Below, in pieces: positions 12,660-25,138 of a stretch of DNA of 64,000 nucleotides. Source of the DNA: Felis catus (lineage: Eukaryota). A program made the position numbers and the translations under genes. The notes under the pieces were generated by a model. The model was not told the origin of the DNA, ran no database searches, and saw nothing but the letters and a program-made list of their open reading frames with translations. How positions within the stretch are numbered: position 1 is the stretch's first letter; every line of letters begins with the position of its first letter. The stretch spans positions 180,050,001 through 180,114,000 of the forward strand of contig NC_058368.1 of the NCBI RefSeq assembly GCF_018350175.1, read 5' to 3'.

Positions 12660-12803
12660 GATGCTGAGGAGTAACCTGATCAACTGTGTCAGCAATGACA
12701 CCTTTGCTGGCCTGAGTTCAGTGAGGCTGCTGTCCCTCTATGACAATCGGATCACCACCATCACCCCTGGAGCCTTCACCACACTTGTCTCCCTATCCAC
12801 CAT
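12660..12803 (+). CDS. SLIT3: SLIT3 exon (~18), 144 nt, two LRRs
   Basis: gcag|G...ACCAT|gtaagt; [47 protein letters not shown](I). Confidence 0.97.
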
Positions 12804-13268
12804 GTAAGTCCCCTGTGCCCACTGCACCCTGACTCTGGGCCCCTCTCCTGCAGACCTCTTCCCTGGCAGCTCCCTACTATCTTTGGCCAAGGTTATTTAC
12901 CCATCTTTCAACTTAATAACCATTTGCTAGGCGCCCTCCATGTGCCAGGCACCATCTAGGTGCTAAGGATTCACAGACATGGTCCCTCCTTCCTGGAGCT
13001 CACAGAATAGTAAATTGACACAGAAGGGAGGTCCACAGTGATATGAAAACCCAACACAGGCTTTGTCAAGGAACACTGGAGCTGTGTTCTGGAAGGTGGG
13101 TAGGAGTTAACTTGTTCAAGAAAGTGGGAAGTGCTTCCATGGAAAGTGCTTTCCTTCCATGGAAAGAACGTGTGCAAAGGCCCTGTGGTAGGTTGTTGCA
13201 GAGCAAATGTACAAGACTGAGCAAAGTCCAACATGGTCCAGAGCACAGAGTAAGAGAGGGTGAGATAT

Positions 13269-13427
13269 GGGGCGCCTGGGTGGCTCAGTTGGTTAAGCAT
13301 ACAACTCTTGGTTTCAGCTCAGATCATGATCTCATGGCTCGTGAGTTTGAGCCTCGTGTCAGGCTCTGTGCTAGCAGCGTGGAGCCTGCCTGGGATTCTC
13401 TCTCCCTGCCCCTGCCCTGCTCTCTCT
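13269..13427 (+). mobile_element. Can-SINE lacking an A tail, within an L2-like region
   Basis: GGGGCGCCTGGGTGGCTCAGTTGGTTAAGC head; ends in the CT-rich part. Confidence 0.9.
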
Positions 13428-13659
13428 GGGAGACCAGGCTACAGGCCTGCCATGGACTACTTTTACCTTCATCCAATGCATGTCAGGAAGCCACGGAAGG
13501 TTTTAAGCAGGCTAGTGACATGACCTGACAGGGATTTTTAAATGATGCCTCTGGCTGCTTAAATATATACCAGAACCAGAATTAGACTCTAGCTCTCAGG
13601 ACACCTAATGAGTGCTCCTGCCCAGGAGCACTTTTACTATATTGGTAAAAGGGGCTGTT

Positions 13660-13870
13660 TAGAATAGTGATAAAGTGATGGGCTCTAGAGCCAAAGCTCC
13701 TGGGTTCAAATCCTGGCTTTACCTCCTATTAGCTATGTGACCTTAGAAAAGTTACTTCACCTCTCAGTGTTTCAGTTGTTCCTTCGGTAAAATCTGTCTG
13801 GTAGGATTGTTATGAGGATCGAATCTGCTAATATTTGTAAAACACACAGCAGGGGCCTGAACACGTTAGC
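13660..13870 (+). mobile_element. MIR SINE
   Basis: CTGGGTTCAAATCCTGGCTT...AGCTATGTGACCTTAGAAAAGTTACTTCACCTCTC core; ends approximate. Confidence 0.8.
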
Positions 13871-14339
13871 CTTTATGGTTGTTCCTAGTACTTCTATGTG
13901 ACTCCTTTAACCTCAGGTGCTGGTCCATTCACTCTTTCCTTCCCCAGTGACTCTGGAAGTCAGAAGAGAAAGGCTTTTGCTGCATTTGTATTGCTGCCCA
14001 TTGTTATGTTCCCATACACCTGCCTCACTGGGAATAAAAGCCAAATTGTAGGGGTCCTAAAAAGCCCACGCCATCCAGTCCCTCCAAAGCTCCCTCCAGG
14101 CCAGCCCCACCAGCCTCCCTACTGCCCCCCCCCCATCCACCGCACCCCGGACCCACTCCTGCTACCTGAAACGGCCTTCCCCTGGCCACCCTCCCCACCA
14201 TCCATTCTTTGCTTAAGTGTCCATCGCCTCGCCCTACTCTCCTCCTGTGCCATCACCCCCAGTTCCTCAGCCCTGCTCTCCTTAACCTTTTCCGTAGCAC
14301 TGACCATTCCCAATATACTATTACAATTGATCTTTGTGT

Positions 14340-14505
14340 TGTTGATTGTGCACTGTCTGCCTCCCATCAGCTGGAATGTAGGTTCCAGGACAGGGATGTG
14401 CAGCTCTTCTGTGCACTGCTATATCTCAGTGTCTCTATCTGTGCCTGGCACTAAGTAAATGCCCATTATATAACTGGCGAATAAACCGATGCATTGAATG
14501 AATGA
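14340..14505 (+). mobile_element. L2 LINE 3' end
   Basis: CACTGCTATATCTCAGTG...GTGCCTGGCAC...GAATGAATGA terminal pattern. Confidence 0.7.
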
Positions 14506-15593
14506 GTGACAGCCAGACCGGGGACTGTGGGTTAGGAACTAGCACCAGCAGGTTGGTTTATTTTAGCCTTCTTTTTACTCCTCCTGTTTGCCTCCAAACT
14601 GGGAATCCAAAGACACAAAAGATGTCAAGAGAGGTAGAGTCACAAAGCATTAAGGAAACCAGCTTCGACATGAGAGGAAACTTGCCTGACTTCACGCAGC
14701 TGCTGAACATCAGTGCCAGGATTCAAACCCGGGATGTCTGACTCCCAAGCTCTTAATTGTCCTGTCAGACCACAGCCACTCAGGGCTGTCTGGCCTCTTG
14801 TGTCACCTCCCTAAGCTTTATTTTCCTCATGTGTGAAATGAGAATAATGTTACCTCCTCCCCTGGGCTGCTGTGACAAATCTGCATGGGAGAACAGCTTT
14901 ATGAATTGCTTAGCCCGGTTGCAGTCCTCTGGGCGACACTCACAGCCTGACAGCTGCCCTCCCCGATTCCTCCACCAATCCACTCACTGCATTCCATAGG
15001 TACCCGTAAAGAGGCCGTGCTGGTGCCATGCGGGATCCTGGAGACATCGGGCAGACAGACAGGGCTGACCCCCACCTGGGAGAGCTGAGAGTCTAAGGAG
15101 GGAGGCAAACATTGCCTGTGGGTTCTGTGCAGGCAGCAGACAACTGTGGGAGAAGACTGGGACAGGCAGGACTCCTCATTTCCTTTTAGGGGAGGGGCCA
15201 TCTGAGCCAGGAATGAAGCCAGGCCAACACAGAGAGATTTATGCCAGGAGAGGGGGCAGCGGTGTGGAGGTGCTAAGTGTAAGAGAATCCTGCCGAGGGA
15301 TTGAAGACAGCCAGCAGCCCGAGCCCAGGGAGGAAGGGAGGGCGTGTCAGGAGACCGAGGTTGGGTCTGTGTGTGGAGGTCCGGAACAAGGCCCTTGCAA
15401 AGACTGCATCTGGATCTTAGAAGAGAGTCTGCACTTCCTTCCCCAGATCTCCTTCCTCCTTTGTCAGAACCCAGAGCCGGCCTGCCTGGAGAGCTGGGCC
15501 CCAGGCTTGCAGACCTGGATCCCAAGTCCCGCTCCCACGGGGGTGGGGGGTGGGGGTGCTGACCACTCAGAGACAGCCCTTCTTTCCTCTCAG

Positions 15594-15757
15594 AAACCTC
15601 CTGTCCAACCCCTTCAACTGCAACTGCCACCTGGCCTGGCTGGGCAAGTGGCTGAGGAAGAGGCGGATCGTAAGCGGGAACCCCCGGTGCCAAAAGCCTT
15701 TCTTCCTCAAGGAGATACCCATCCAGGATGTGGCCATCCAGGACTTCACCTGTGAAG
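15594..15757 (+). CDS. SLIT3: SLIT3 exon (~19), 164 nt, LRR C-terminal cap of domain 3
   Basis: tcag|A...TGAAG|gtgaga; [54 protein letters not shown]. Confidence 0.97.
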
Positions 15758-16857
15758 GTGAGAAGGCTGGGGGCGGGGTGGAGGAGGGGCAGGGACAGGG
15801 AAGGCAAGAAAGACACCAGAGAGGGGAGGTGCAGCAGGGGACTGAAGGTCAGGACCCCCTGAGATCTCACTTGCCCTCAGGCATGCATCTGCGGCTCTGA
15901 AGGCCTCTGCAGGTCTGCTGCTAGCCATATGGCTCCTTCTTACAAATTAAGAAAAGGAGTCTCTTTCTAAAGATACTTTACTTCTGTCAATCAGAAATGT
16001 GTTGTAATACACTGATTTTGTTAAAACAAGATGACTTATGACTATGAGAACGCTGTTGTACTCAATATCCTAATCTATCATGTCAGTGAGATTAGTGCCC
16101 CTTGAATGATGAGGCACCCTTGTGCAGTATGTAACCTACACAGCTGTGCCTGGGAGCCCAGGCCCTCAGTTTTCCTGTCTGCACCGTGATGAGGCTCCGA
16201 GTATCAGACTTCAACATGGGCTCCTGGAAATTTTCTGTCACTGGCTAGGGAGTTATGAATACCTGGAGATCCAAGGTTTTGAGTGTCAGGATTCCAAAGG
16301 GCATATTTGCATAAATTCAAGCCAGTACTTGGGTCAACTATAGGTTATCTGGAGACAAATTAACAGGTTTGTAGATGAACTGAGGTTAAGGTATAATGGG
16401 GGCTGGGGACAAATTTACCACCCCAGAGGGATTATGGCAGTGGAAAGAGTGAGAAAGGGAGGAGAAAGAGGAAGGAAGGAGACCAGGCTCTCCCCCTCCC
16501 CCAGACCTCTCCTTCAGTAAGGTTGAATTATTCCTGATTCAGTTAACCATGACCTCTTTCCTGCCTAATACTCTGGTTGGTCAAGTTTTGGTTTGGTTTG
16601 TTTGTTGGGGGGTTTTTTTGAGCCTTAATTTTATGTTGAATGTGGTAGAAGACAGGTGACCCTATTCCCCAACCCAAGCACACATTCTTTTCCCTTTAAC
16701 CGTGGGTGAGACCAGCAGGCTCCTTGTTCCTGGTTCTGGCTCAAAATGGAGGGCTTCCCTTCCCTGAAGATGGCGCGGTGCCTGGTGCCTGGCCTTGCTC
16801 ACCTGCCTCTGCAGAGAGGTTTGTCTCCCGCCCTGCTCACTCTGGGGCTCTCCGCAG

Positions 16858-16990
16858 GCAATGACGAGAGTAGCTGCCAGCTGGGCCCACTCTGCCCGGA
16901 GCAGTGCACCTGCGTGGAGACAGTGGTGCGGTGCAGCGACAGGGGGCTACACACCCTACCCAGAGGCATCCCCAAGGACGTGACTGAACT
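16858..16990 (+). CDS. SLIT3: SLIT3 exon (~20), 133 nt, LRR N-terminal cap of domain 4
   Basis: gcag|GC...GAACT|gtgagt; (G)[43 protein letters not shown](L). Confidence 0.97.
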
Positions 16991-19373
16991 GTGAGTACTG
17001 CCACCCCCCGCTGAGCACCCTTAGATCCCCCCCACCAGCAGCTCTGTCCCCAGTGTCTCAAGCAAGACTGCCTGGGATGCCCCTCTTTGAGGGGGTCCCA
17101 GCAAAATGGCAGCAGGGCCTCGGCCAAGGGTGGGTCGGGCAGTAGCGTGGACTTGTTCCCAAGTGCCTCTGCCTGGCAGGTGACCAGAACCTAGCCCTCC
17201 AGAATGCAAGCGGGAGGGTTCCTGTCTCGTCTTCTAGATCACCCCAGGCCCCCTGCTCTGACTCCACCTTCTAGATTCCCCAGCAGTCTCTCAGTCTGAC
17301 ACCAGAAATGGCACAGGATCATCGTAAAAACACTGCCCAGCTGGCACTGTGGCTTACTGAGCTCTTCCACCAATATGATCCTTTTCCACCTTAAAGCTAC
17401 CCATGTTGCAGACGTCATCTTAGTTCTGTATCCTGTTCGTGCTCCAGCCAGGAGCCATCTGACTCCAGAGCCCAAGCTCCTGACACTAATTCCTCAGGGT
17501 TGTTCCTGCCCCAGAAGCTCCCACTTAAATAAAAAAGACAGATCATTCCCTTCCTGAAGGGCTCTTCCTATGGTGCAGAAAACTGCATTTCTGCCCCCCG
17601 GAAAGCTCAGCCAGTCCCTGGGCAGGGAGGCCTCTCTCGAACGCGCAGAAGCAGCCCGGCCACAGCAGGTGAGCACAGCCAGCACAAGCCACACTCACTC
17701 TTGCGTGCGTTCATTCATTCACTCAGCGTGTGTTTATTGAGTGCCTGGTGTGTCGGGCGCTCTGCTCACACCCGGGAGCCAATGGTGAGCAAAACAGGTG
17801 TGACCCCCACCCATGTGGGGCCCATGGTTCACTGGGGAAGGTGGACATTTGTTCCATCATCTCAGCAGCACATGTGGGATGACAACCTTGAAAAGTGCTC
17901 CAAGAGAGGAACAAGGTAGTGACGCCCGAAACTAGAGAGGCGTCACTTGGGTGTGGAGATCAGAGAAAGCTTCTCTGGGGAGATTAAGCTGGAGCTGAAA
18001 CCTACAGGGTCAGGAGAAGGTAATGAGCAGGGGAGGGGGGTGCCCCACACGCCCCACAGCAGTTGCTGCAGGTTGGGGCAAGCAGAGCTGGGTGACATGT
18101 GACGGGACCCAGGCTGCCTGAGTGAGAAGACACACTCACACGCCATCACCCACTCACATCTCAGGCTCGTACTCTCTCCCTGGATCCCAGACACCAGCAG
18201 GGAGTGTGTGTCTGGCACTGCCCGTGCTTGCTGGGGAGGAAGCTGAGTAGGGCGCCGTCTGAGAAGAGCGGGTCAGTTCCTGGGTGTGAGTTGTGGCTCC
18301 CCCATCTCCTGACACCCAGGGAGGTTGCAACCAGGACTGCTGATCCCAGGGAAGGAAGGAAGTCTTGGTGGTCACTAAGAAGTCCACAACAGCCCCGCGT
18401 TTGGGCCCTGGCCGTGCTGCTGGAGGTCTGCATGAGCAACGCCGCTCAGTGCAGTGAGCTCCGAGCCCTTTCCTCAGCCAGCAGTGCCGATGGGTGGGGG
18501 CTGCCAAAAATGACCCAGGTCCTCGCCTCCTTCTTGGGTCAGTTGAATGCCAAGTGACACGTGCTAAAGAGAAGGAAATGCCATGAAAACAGGCCCACAG
18601 AGGCTTTTCCCCAAAGTTCATGACACAGAGATTGAAATAACAAAGATAATTGGCTGTAATTATAAGTAAACTTCAGAGCTTGGGGAAACCTGATTTCCTG
18701 CTTTGGAAATGATGGTGCTTCCCTTGGCCACACTGGTTTCCAAAGCGCACCAAGGACGGCAGCCCTCACCTCTGAGCCCAGACCACCTCCCGGAGGGAGG
18801 GGAGGAGGAGTGTCCAGGGAGGGGCAGGCAGGAAAATTGATGCCAGAGAAAGTGAAAGCTGCCAGGCCCAGAAAACAGTGGCTTGGAGGCCTCTGCTTTC
18901 AAGGACTAGATGCAGTGTTTGGATCCAGTGCTGGCTTTCCAGCTCCCTCAGGCATCATCCGTGGTCTCCGGCAGAGCTGCCAACTTACAAAACAAAATTA
19001 AGGTTAATTCATTGAGACGAAAAAAACAAAAACAAAGCTCCGTAGCATTTCCCCAAAGGGCAGGGTGTGGGAGTAGTTCAGTGTAGGCACTAGTGAGCAA
19101 GGCAATGAGGACCAGAGGGAAGTCAGTTCTCCTGCCAGCCGTCTGCAACCCCCTGGCCCTTCTCTCTCCTTGGGAGGAGGGCCGCCCGAGACCTGTAGCT
19201 CTCCCCTTTGCTCATTCAAGCTGCCACCGAGCTAGGCCCTCACTCAGTACCCCTGACTCACCTCAGTGGTGAGAACTAAGTCACCCCCCAAGCCTCACCT
19301 CTGGTAAGCAGCCGAGTCACGATCAGAAGGCACTTTGGTCTGACCCCCACCCCCCTGCTGTAGCCCCCTACCC

Positions 19374-20765
19374 CAGAAGCTCTTCATCTTTGGGGTCTCA
19401 GGACCCCTTTATGTTTTTCAAAAGCAGTGAGGACTCTCATTGAACTTTTGTTCACATGCTTAAATCTGTTGATAGCACATTGGAAACTACTACTGAGAAA
19501 TATTTTTAAACATGTGTTTATTAATCCATTTAGAAATAAAAATTTACACATTATATGTTTGTATTAAAAAAAAGCATACCTCTATGAAAACCAAACCAAA
19601 AGACATTTAACTGAGAAGAGTGACATTTTTAGAAATGTAGTTGAAGGCAACTGGGTGTTCATTTCCTACTTCAGCACTCACTCTGTTGTGACAGGGTTTG
19701 GGGTCAAGTACGAGAAGAAAATCCAGCTTCACATAGACACATAGTTGAAAAAGGGAGAATTTTAATAGCCATTCCAAATAATTGTGGAGATTCTTCTTTG
19801 ATAATATGCCAAAACTGCATGGTGTTACAGGCTAGTTGCTGTGTGGAACCTAAAAGTTTATCAATGAACTTTTTATACTCTGTTACAACCCACGGGTCTA
19901 TCTTGTGCTTTGAATGGAGCTTTCCCTGCCCCCGTGCATGATCTTGTAACACTGTGCCCTGGTCCTTTAGTAAATACTGGTTCACAAAGTTACACAGATC
20001 TTCGGATGCTGACACATTGCATTATACCGTATCAAAAATGTCGGATCCAAAATGTCATAGCCATTAACATGCATCACCAGAAATCTCAGCAGAAAAGTCT
20101 TTCAGTAAAGGGATGCTGCTCAATGTAGCCGTTATGGGTTTTCTAAAATTTTAATTTTCACTTGGAAGCAAGCTTGAATTTTTATCATTGCCAGTAAGTA
20201 CTAGTTCGTTGTTTTCCTTGAAGTGACAGACTCACTCTGTTCACTTTTGAGAAATTACTTACTAAATACCTATCCCTGAAAAACCTGTTTGCTAGTCATT
20301 CTTTTAAGTAACAATGGTGTTTTATGGGGGGGGGGGGGGGGGGAGGCTAATTCAGCTTGTAAGTCAGTGACACCAGATCTTTTTCTTAAGACAACCAAAG
20401 CAGAAAAGCTTTGTGCACGCCTCCCATTTTGCCACACAGAATATTAAAAAAAAGATGTATGCTCAAGCGTTGATATTTAATGCAATTAATAGTTTTTTTA
20501 CTGCTTCATGGAGGGCATTCTTCCGTGAAACTGGCTTTTTTTTTCCCCTTACCATCATGTGCTTCAGGGGGAAGAACATAATGACCACTGATATCATATG
20601 GTGCCATGGCCTTGATTCCTACTGAGGTGCCAGCAATTTCACTCACACAGTGAAAATGGAAAAAAATGTTTTAATCTTATCACAAAAGTAGTTCCAGCCT
20701 CAGAGAGCCCTGAAAAAGTCTAAAGGACCCCCAGTGGCCAGTAGACGACACTTTAAGAACCACTC
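19374..20765 (-). mobile_element. Charlie1-type hAT DNA transposon (~1.4 kb internal-deletion derivative)
   Basis: Minus-strand ends GAGTGGTTCTTAAAGTG... and ...AAAGGGGTCCTGAGACCCCAAAGATGAAGAGCTTCTG; ORF remnant 19704-20015 (FWHIIKEESPQLFGMAIKILPFSTMCLCEAGFSS) resembles the hAT C-terminal dimerisation domain. Confidence 0.85.
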
Positions 20766-20838
20766 AGGTAATTTACACACTAGCAGGCAAACAATACAGA
20801 GACATCTGCTAAGTTCCTGATTCAAAACCAAGCCTACA

Positions 20839-20944
20839 AGAGCACCTGGGTGGCTTAGTCGGTTGAGCATCCAACTCTTGATTTCAACTCAGGTCATGAT
20901 CCCAGGGTCCTGGGATCGAGCCCCATGTCAGGCTCCATTTTGAG
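20839..20944 (+). mobile_element. Can-SINE 5' fragment
   Basis: GCACCTGGGTGGCTTAGTCGGTTGAGCATCCAACTCTTGATTTC...GATCGAGCCCC. Confidence 0.85.
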
Positions 20945-21134
20945 AATGGAGGAAATTTTGAAACTGATTTTGGTCTGAGGGCCATGAGCATGGATTTGTT
21001 GTCCCACCACTGACATCCCAAGGACAGGAGAGGGAAGGATGACATGTGTCCCCCAGGCACCGCTGTTGGAAGAAGGGATTTCTGCTGGGATGCGGAGTCT
21101 GAGGACATCAGGCTGGCAGTGTGTGCATGCACAT

Positions 21135-21135
<1 letters not shown>

Positions 21136-21177
<42 letters not shown>
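21136..21177 (+). repeat. (CA)21 microsatellite
   Basis: Counted directly. Confidence 0.97.
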
Positions 21178-21178
<1 letters not shown>

Positions 21179-21584
21179 CACTGATAGGAGACTTGAAAGG
21201 GTTTGGGGCTTGACCAGCAGAGCACAGGCTGAGACACAGCTCTGTGAGATTGAGTGTGGCAGGAGGTGATGATAAGAATGCATTGCTTGATGGAGACGGT
21301 GGGACCTGACCCTGCACTGGTTAGCTCCAGATCATCAGGATGGGGCTTTGGGATACAGCAGGCAACTCAGATGAAGCTTTCTCCTCATCTCAAGTCCAGG
21401 GCGATAGAGGTGCATGCCAGAGAAGGGGCAGAGCAATGCAGGAGGTGACAAGCACAAAGGAGTGGCATGGAGAGTATGTGCTCTGGGATAGGGAAGAATC
21501 CAGGAAGTTCTGCCCACACTGGCCTTTAGGAAAGCAAGGGAAGATGTCCTGTGTGAGTGCAGTCCACCACAGCCAGCACTCCTA

Positions 21585-21810
21585 GAGCATTTACTGGGTG
21601 CCAGGTGCTATGCTAGATTTTTCTCCTATGTGATCTCATTTAATCCTCCCAGCAATCCTGTAAAGTAGGCATTGATAATCCCATTTTGCACATGAAGTAA
21701 CCGAGGCTTGGGAAGGTTGAATGATTTCTTAAGATCACACTGCCAAGGAGCAGCAGAGCATTAGGCTCGAGCCCAGGGCTGTCTGACCCCAAGGCCCGTC
21801 CTTTAGCAAC
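21585..21810 (-). mobile_element. MIR SINE
   Basis: ATCTCATTTAATCCTCCCAGCAATCCTGTAAAGTAGG...CCCATTTTGCACATGAAGTAACCGAGGCT. Confidence 0.8.
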
Positions 21811-22909
21811 TCAACTACTTTCTTCCTTTGGCAGAGGCCTGGGTCCCTGTGTGCTCTGGCCGGTGGCCTGGCTCGTCGGTGATTTGCAGTAGACAGTCAT
21901 GGTCTCTTTGGAACCTGCCATCTGCCCATAAGCGGGGAGAAGGCAAAAACGGCACCCCTGCCATGATGCTGTAGGTACCTGTCAATGGTTCTGGCTGGGT
22001 GGGTCCTGACAGCTGGACCTTCTCTAGCAATGCCAGCTGCTGCTTTCTTTGCACACTTGCCACCCCCACCCCCACCCCCACTCACCAGGCAGGCTCCCAA
22101 GAGCACTTTCTAGAGAAACTGCCCGGCACTGACTGTATTCTTGCCTTTCTTTGGCCTGGGGAGAGAGACAGAAATTGCCTGCAGCCAGCTGGAGGGCAGC
22201 TGGCTCTGGGCACATCAGCACTTAGGAGTCCTGGCACAAGCCTTGGCCCAGAGAAGACCTCGGCAGATGGCTTCAGTAGAGGACACTTCTAGGCTATCAG
22301 GCAGTCATGGCCATCTGTGGGAGGGACGAGGGGAGGCTGGAGCACAGGCCACAAGCTGAGGGAGCCCTCTTCATTCAGTCAGGTGTTCGCTGAGTTTATT
22401 GTGCCAGATAATGTCATAGGAGCTGGGAGCACAGCAGCTAATGTGACAGATAAGCCCCCCTGATGTCAGAAACTTAGAATGGGGGAGAAAGACAATAAGA
22501 AAGCTAATCAGTAAATTAGGCATTTCAGATAGAATAGTGTTTCCCAGGGGAAATGGGTGGGTGTGGGACATGGAAAGCAGTAAAAAGAAAGAAAATGTTC
22601 TGTGAAGACCCGAAGGTAGAAAGATCATAAAGTCGGGAAACCACGCAGACTGTGAGATGGAGCAAACAGAATGGAAAAGAGACTGGTGTTCACTGAAAAC
22701 TCAAGGAGGGGTGTGCAGTTTTTGTCGGGCCGTGGTGAGGGCTGGCTCCTCATCCCCGGGGAAATACGGACGCTGAGGAAGAATTGTAAGCAGGAAAGTG
22801 ATGTGGTCCAATTCACATTTTAGAAATGTTACTCTGGGAGAAGAATAGAGAATAGACAGCAAGGGAATCATCTGTTTTCTAATATCCATATGTATTATTG
22901 GATGGAGGG

Positions 22910-22911
<2 letters not shown>

Positions 22912-22953
<42 letters not shown>
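22912..22953 (+). repeat. (GT)21 microsatellite, followed by a minus-strand MIR (~22955-23180)
   Basis: Counted directly; adjacent GCTCAGAGAGGTTAAGTGACTTGCCCAAGGTCACACAGCT is the MIR core. Confidence 0.95.
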
Positions 22954-22955
<2 letters not shown>

Positions 22956-24117
22956 TCAAAGCACGTTAAACACCACTGTGCCAAGCAGTGCTTCAAGGGC
23001 TTTCCACTGAGACTCATTGAATCCTCAAAATCACTTCAAGGTGATGATGATGATGAGCCTCCTTTTGCAGGTGAAATGCAAGCTCAGAGAGGTTAAGTGA
23101 CTTGCCCAAGGTCACACAGCTGTTAGTTAGTGGAGCTAGGATACAAGCCTGGGCGGCTGCCTGACTCCAGAGCTGCAACCATCATCCCAGGCCCCTGGTG
23201 GAAACCCTAGCCATGGTGGGGGCTCCTGGAAGGTGGCTGCCAGTCTCCTTCACCATTCAGCAGGTTTGAAAGTCCCTGGGGCACTTAACAGCACCACAAA
23301 GCTGCTAACAGAGATGGGGAGCTCTGTGTGGATTTGTGTGTGAGGCAGACACTTCCTCACGTGCTCATGCTGGGGCTAAAACAGAGCATTTAAATGCAGA
23401 TCAACGCAAAGGTTGACCTGCTAGAGATGCTCTGATAGTTCTGAGGCTGGAGGGCAAGAGTGCAGTTTTCTGAAAGGGTCCCTCTGGGGCCTGGGCTGCA
23501 GGCTACAGGCAGCTTTGGAGTTCAGAGTCTTCATGAAGGGCTTTGCACAAAGAGAGTTTTCCCACACAGCCACATCTGTATTTGTGAAGTGAAGCCTTTT
23601 CATTCCACGTCTTCTGGGCTGCAACACCAGGTTGCCAGGGACATTGTGCACTTAAAGTGGCTGCCACACGGGTCCTATTCAGCCCTGCAGTGGCACACAC
23701 AGCTCCACCTGGGGAGTTCTGGGGTTTGCAGCATACAGATGGTGTTTCCTGAACATCTACTGCTATCAGCCTGTGCATTGGGCTGCTGTAGTGAGCAAAA
23801 CAGACACAGTCCTGCCCCACTAATCACAGAACCACACTTGGATGTCACATGGGGGTGGAATGCTGTGAAGAAAACGCACTGAAAGCTTGGATTGAGCAGC
23901 CTGTCACGTCCCCAGGGGGTGTGGGAGATGGTGTCGGAGGCGGTGCTTGAGCTGAGTTCTGAGCCACCGTAGGAGTGAACTAGGCAAGGAGGAAGGGGAG
24001 GGACATACATGAGCTCGAGACTGGCTGCCCAAAAGGAGCATGAGGCATTCAGGGAGGGCTGAGGCCAAGCAAGAGAGAGTTTGCTGTGGGGGTGAACAGG
24101 AGAGGGAGGCAGGGACT

Positions 24118-24478
24118 GGGATGGTTAATTTCATGGGTCAACCCAGCTGGGCTGTGGTCCCAGGTTTTTGGGCAAACACTAGCTACATGTTGCTCTGAAG
24201 GTATTTTATAGATGCAGTTAAGTAAAGGAGATTACCCAGGATAATGTGGAGGTAGGCCTCATATAATCAATCGAAGGCCTTAAGAACGAAAAACTGGAGT
24301 TTTCTGTAGAAGGGGGAATTCTGCCTCAAGATTGTAGCACAGAAATTCTACTTGAGTTTCCAGCCTGCTGGCTCTTCCTTAAAATAAATTCTCTCTCCCT
24401 CTGTACATATATTTATATGTGGGTCGTGTGTGTGTGTGTCCAATTGGTCTGTTTCTCTAGAGAACACTGACTGATCCA
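24118..24478 (+). mobile_element. MLT2-like (ERVL) solo LTR
   Basis: TGGGATGGTTAATTTCATGGGTCAAC start, AATAAA, and TGGTCTGTTTCTCTAGAGAACACTGACTGATCCA end, typical of MLT2. Confidence 0.8.
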
Positions 24479-24933
24479 GGGCAGACCACAGACAGCTTGG
24501 CAGGATTTGGGTAGTCCTTCGCTGGCAAGCAGTAGAAGCCAGGAAGGATTTTAAGCAGGGAGCAAGGCTGATCCAGTCAGCATTTGCAGAACATCAGTCA
24601 AGCCAGGTTGGAATCTGGGGAACTGGCACAGCAGTCCCAGAGGCTCCAAAAGCATCTGTGACATACCGCCCATCCTCCAAGGCCCCCTGAACCTCCCCAT
24701 CTCAGATGAGGACACTGTTCGAATCCCTGAATTCCAGTGGTCTTTCTATGCCTTCATTCAATTGTTGAGCAAATACACGCATCTATAGAGCATGGCCTGC
24801 CTTACGGGTGGACGTGGGCCAGACCCAGGGCATTCTTTGAAACCACTGCAGGTTTTTGTTTAATCCAGGGTCCTATGAACAGCCCTTCTCTGCACTCATT
24901 CATTAATTCATTCATTCAAATATTTGAGGTCCT

Positions 24934-25138
24934 GGGGCACCTGGGTGACTCAGTTAAGCACCATACTTTGGCTCAGGTCATGATCTCACAGTTTGTGGTT
25001 TGAGCCCCATGTCGGGTGGTGTGCTGACAACTCACAGCCTAGAGCCTGCTTCCATTTCTGTGTCTCCCTGTCTCTGCCCCTCCTCCACTTGCGCACACAC
25101 TCTCTCTCTCTCAAAAATAAAACATTAAAAAAAATTTT
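24934..25138 (+). mobile_element. Can-SINE, full length
   Basis: Target-site duplication AATATTTGAGGTCCT (24919-33) / AATATCTGAGGTCCT (25139-53). Confidence 0.94.

Noticed and set aside
14899..15870. 323-aa minus-strand ORF
   Set aside because: It is the antisense shadow of exon ~19 plus GC-rich intron, with no recognisable domain and a non-ATG start.
19704..20015. Transposase-like ORF as a possible domesticated gene
   Set aside because: A short, degenerate C-terminal remnant inside a non-autonomous Charlie fossil, with no catalytic core.
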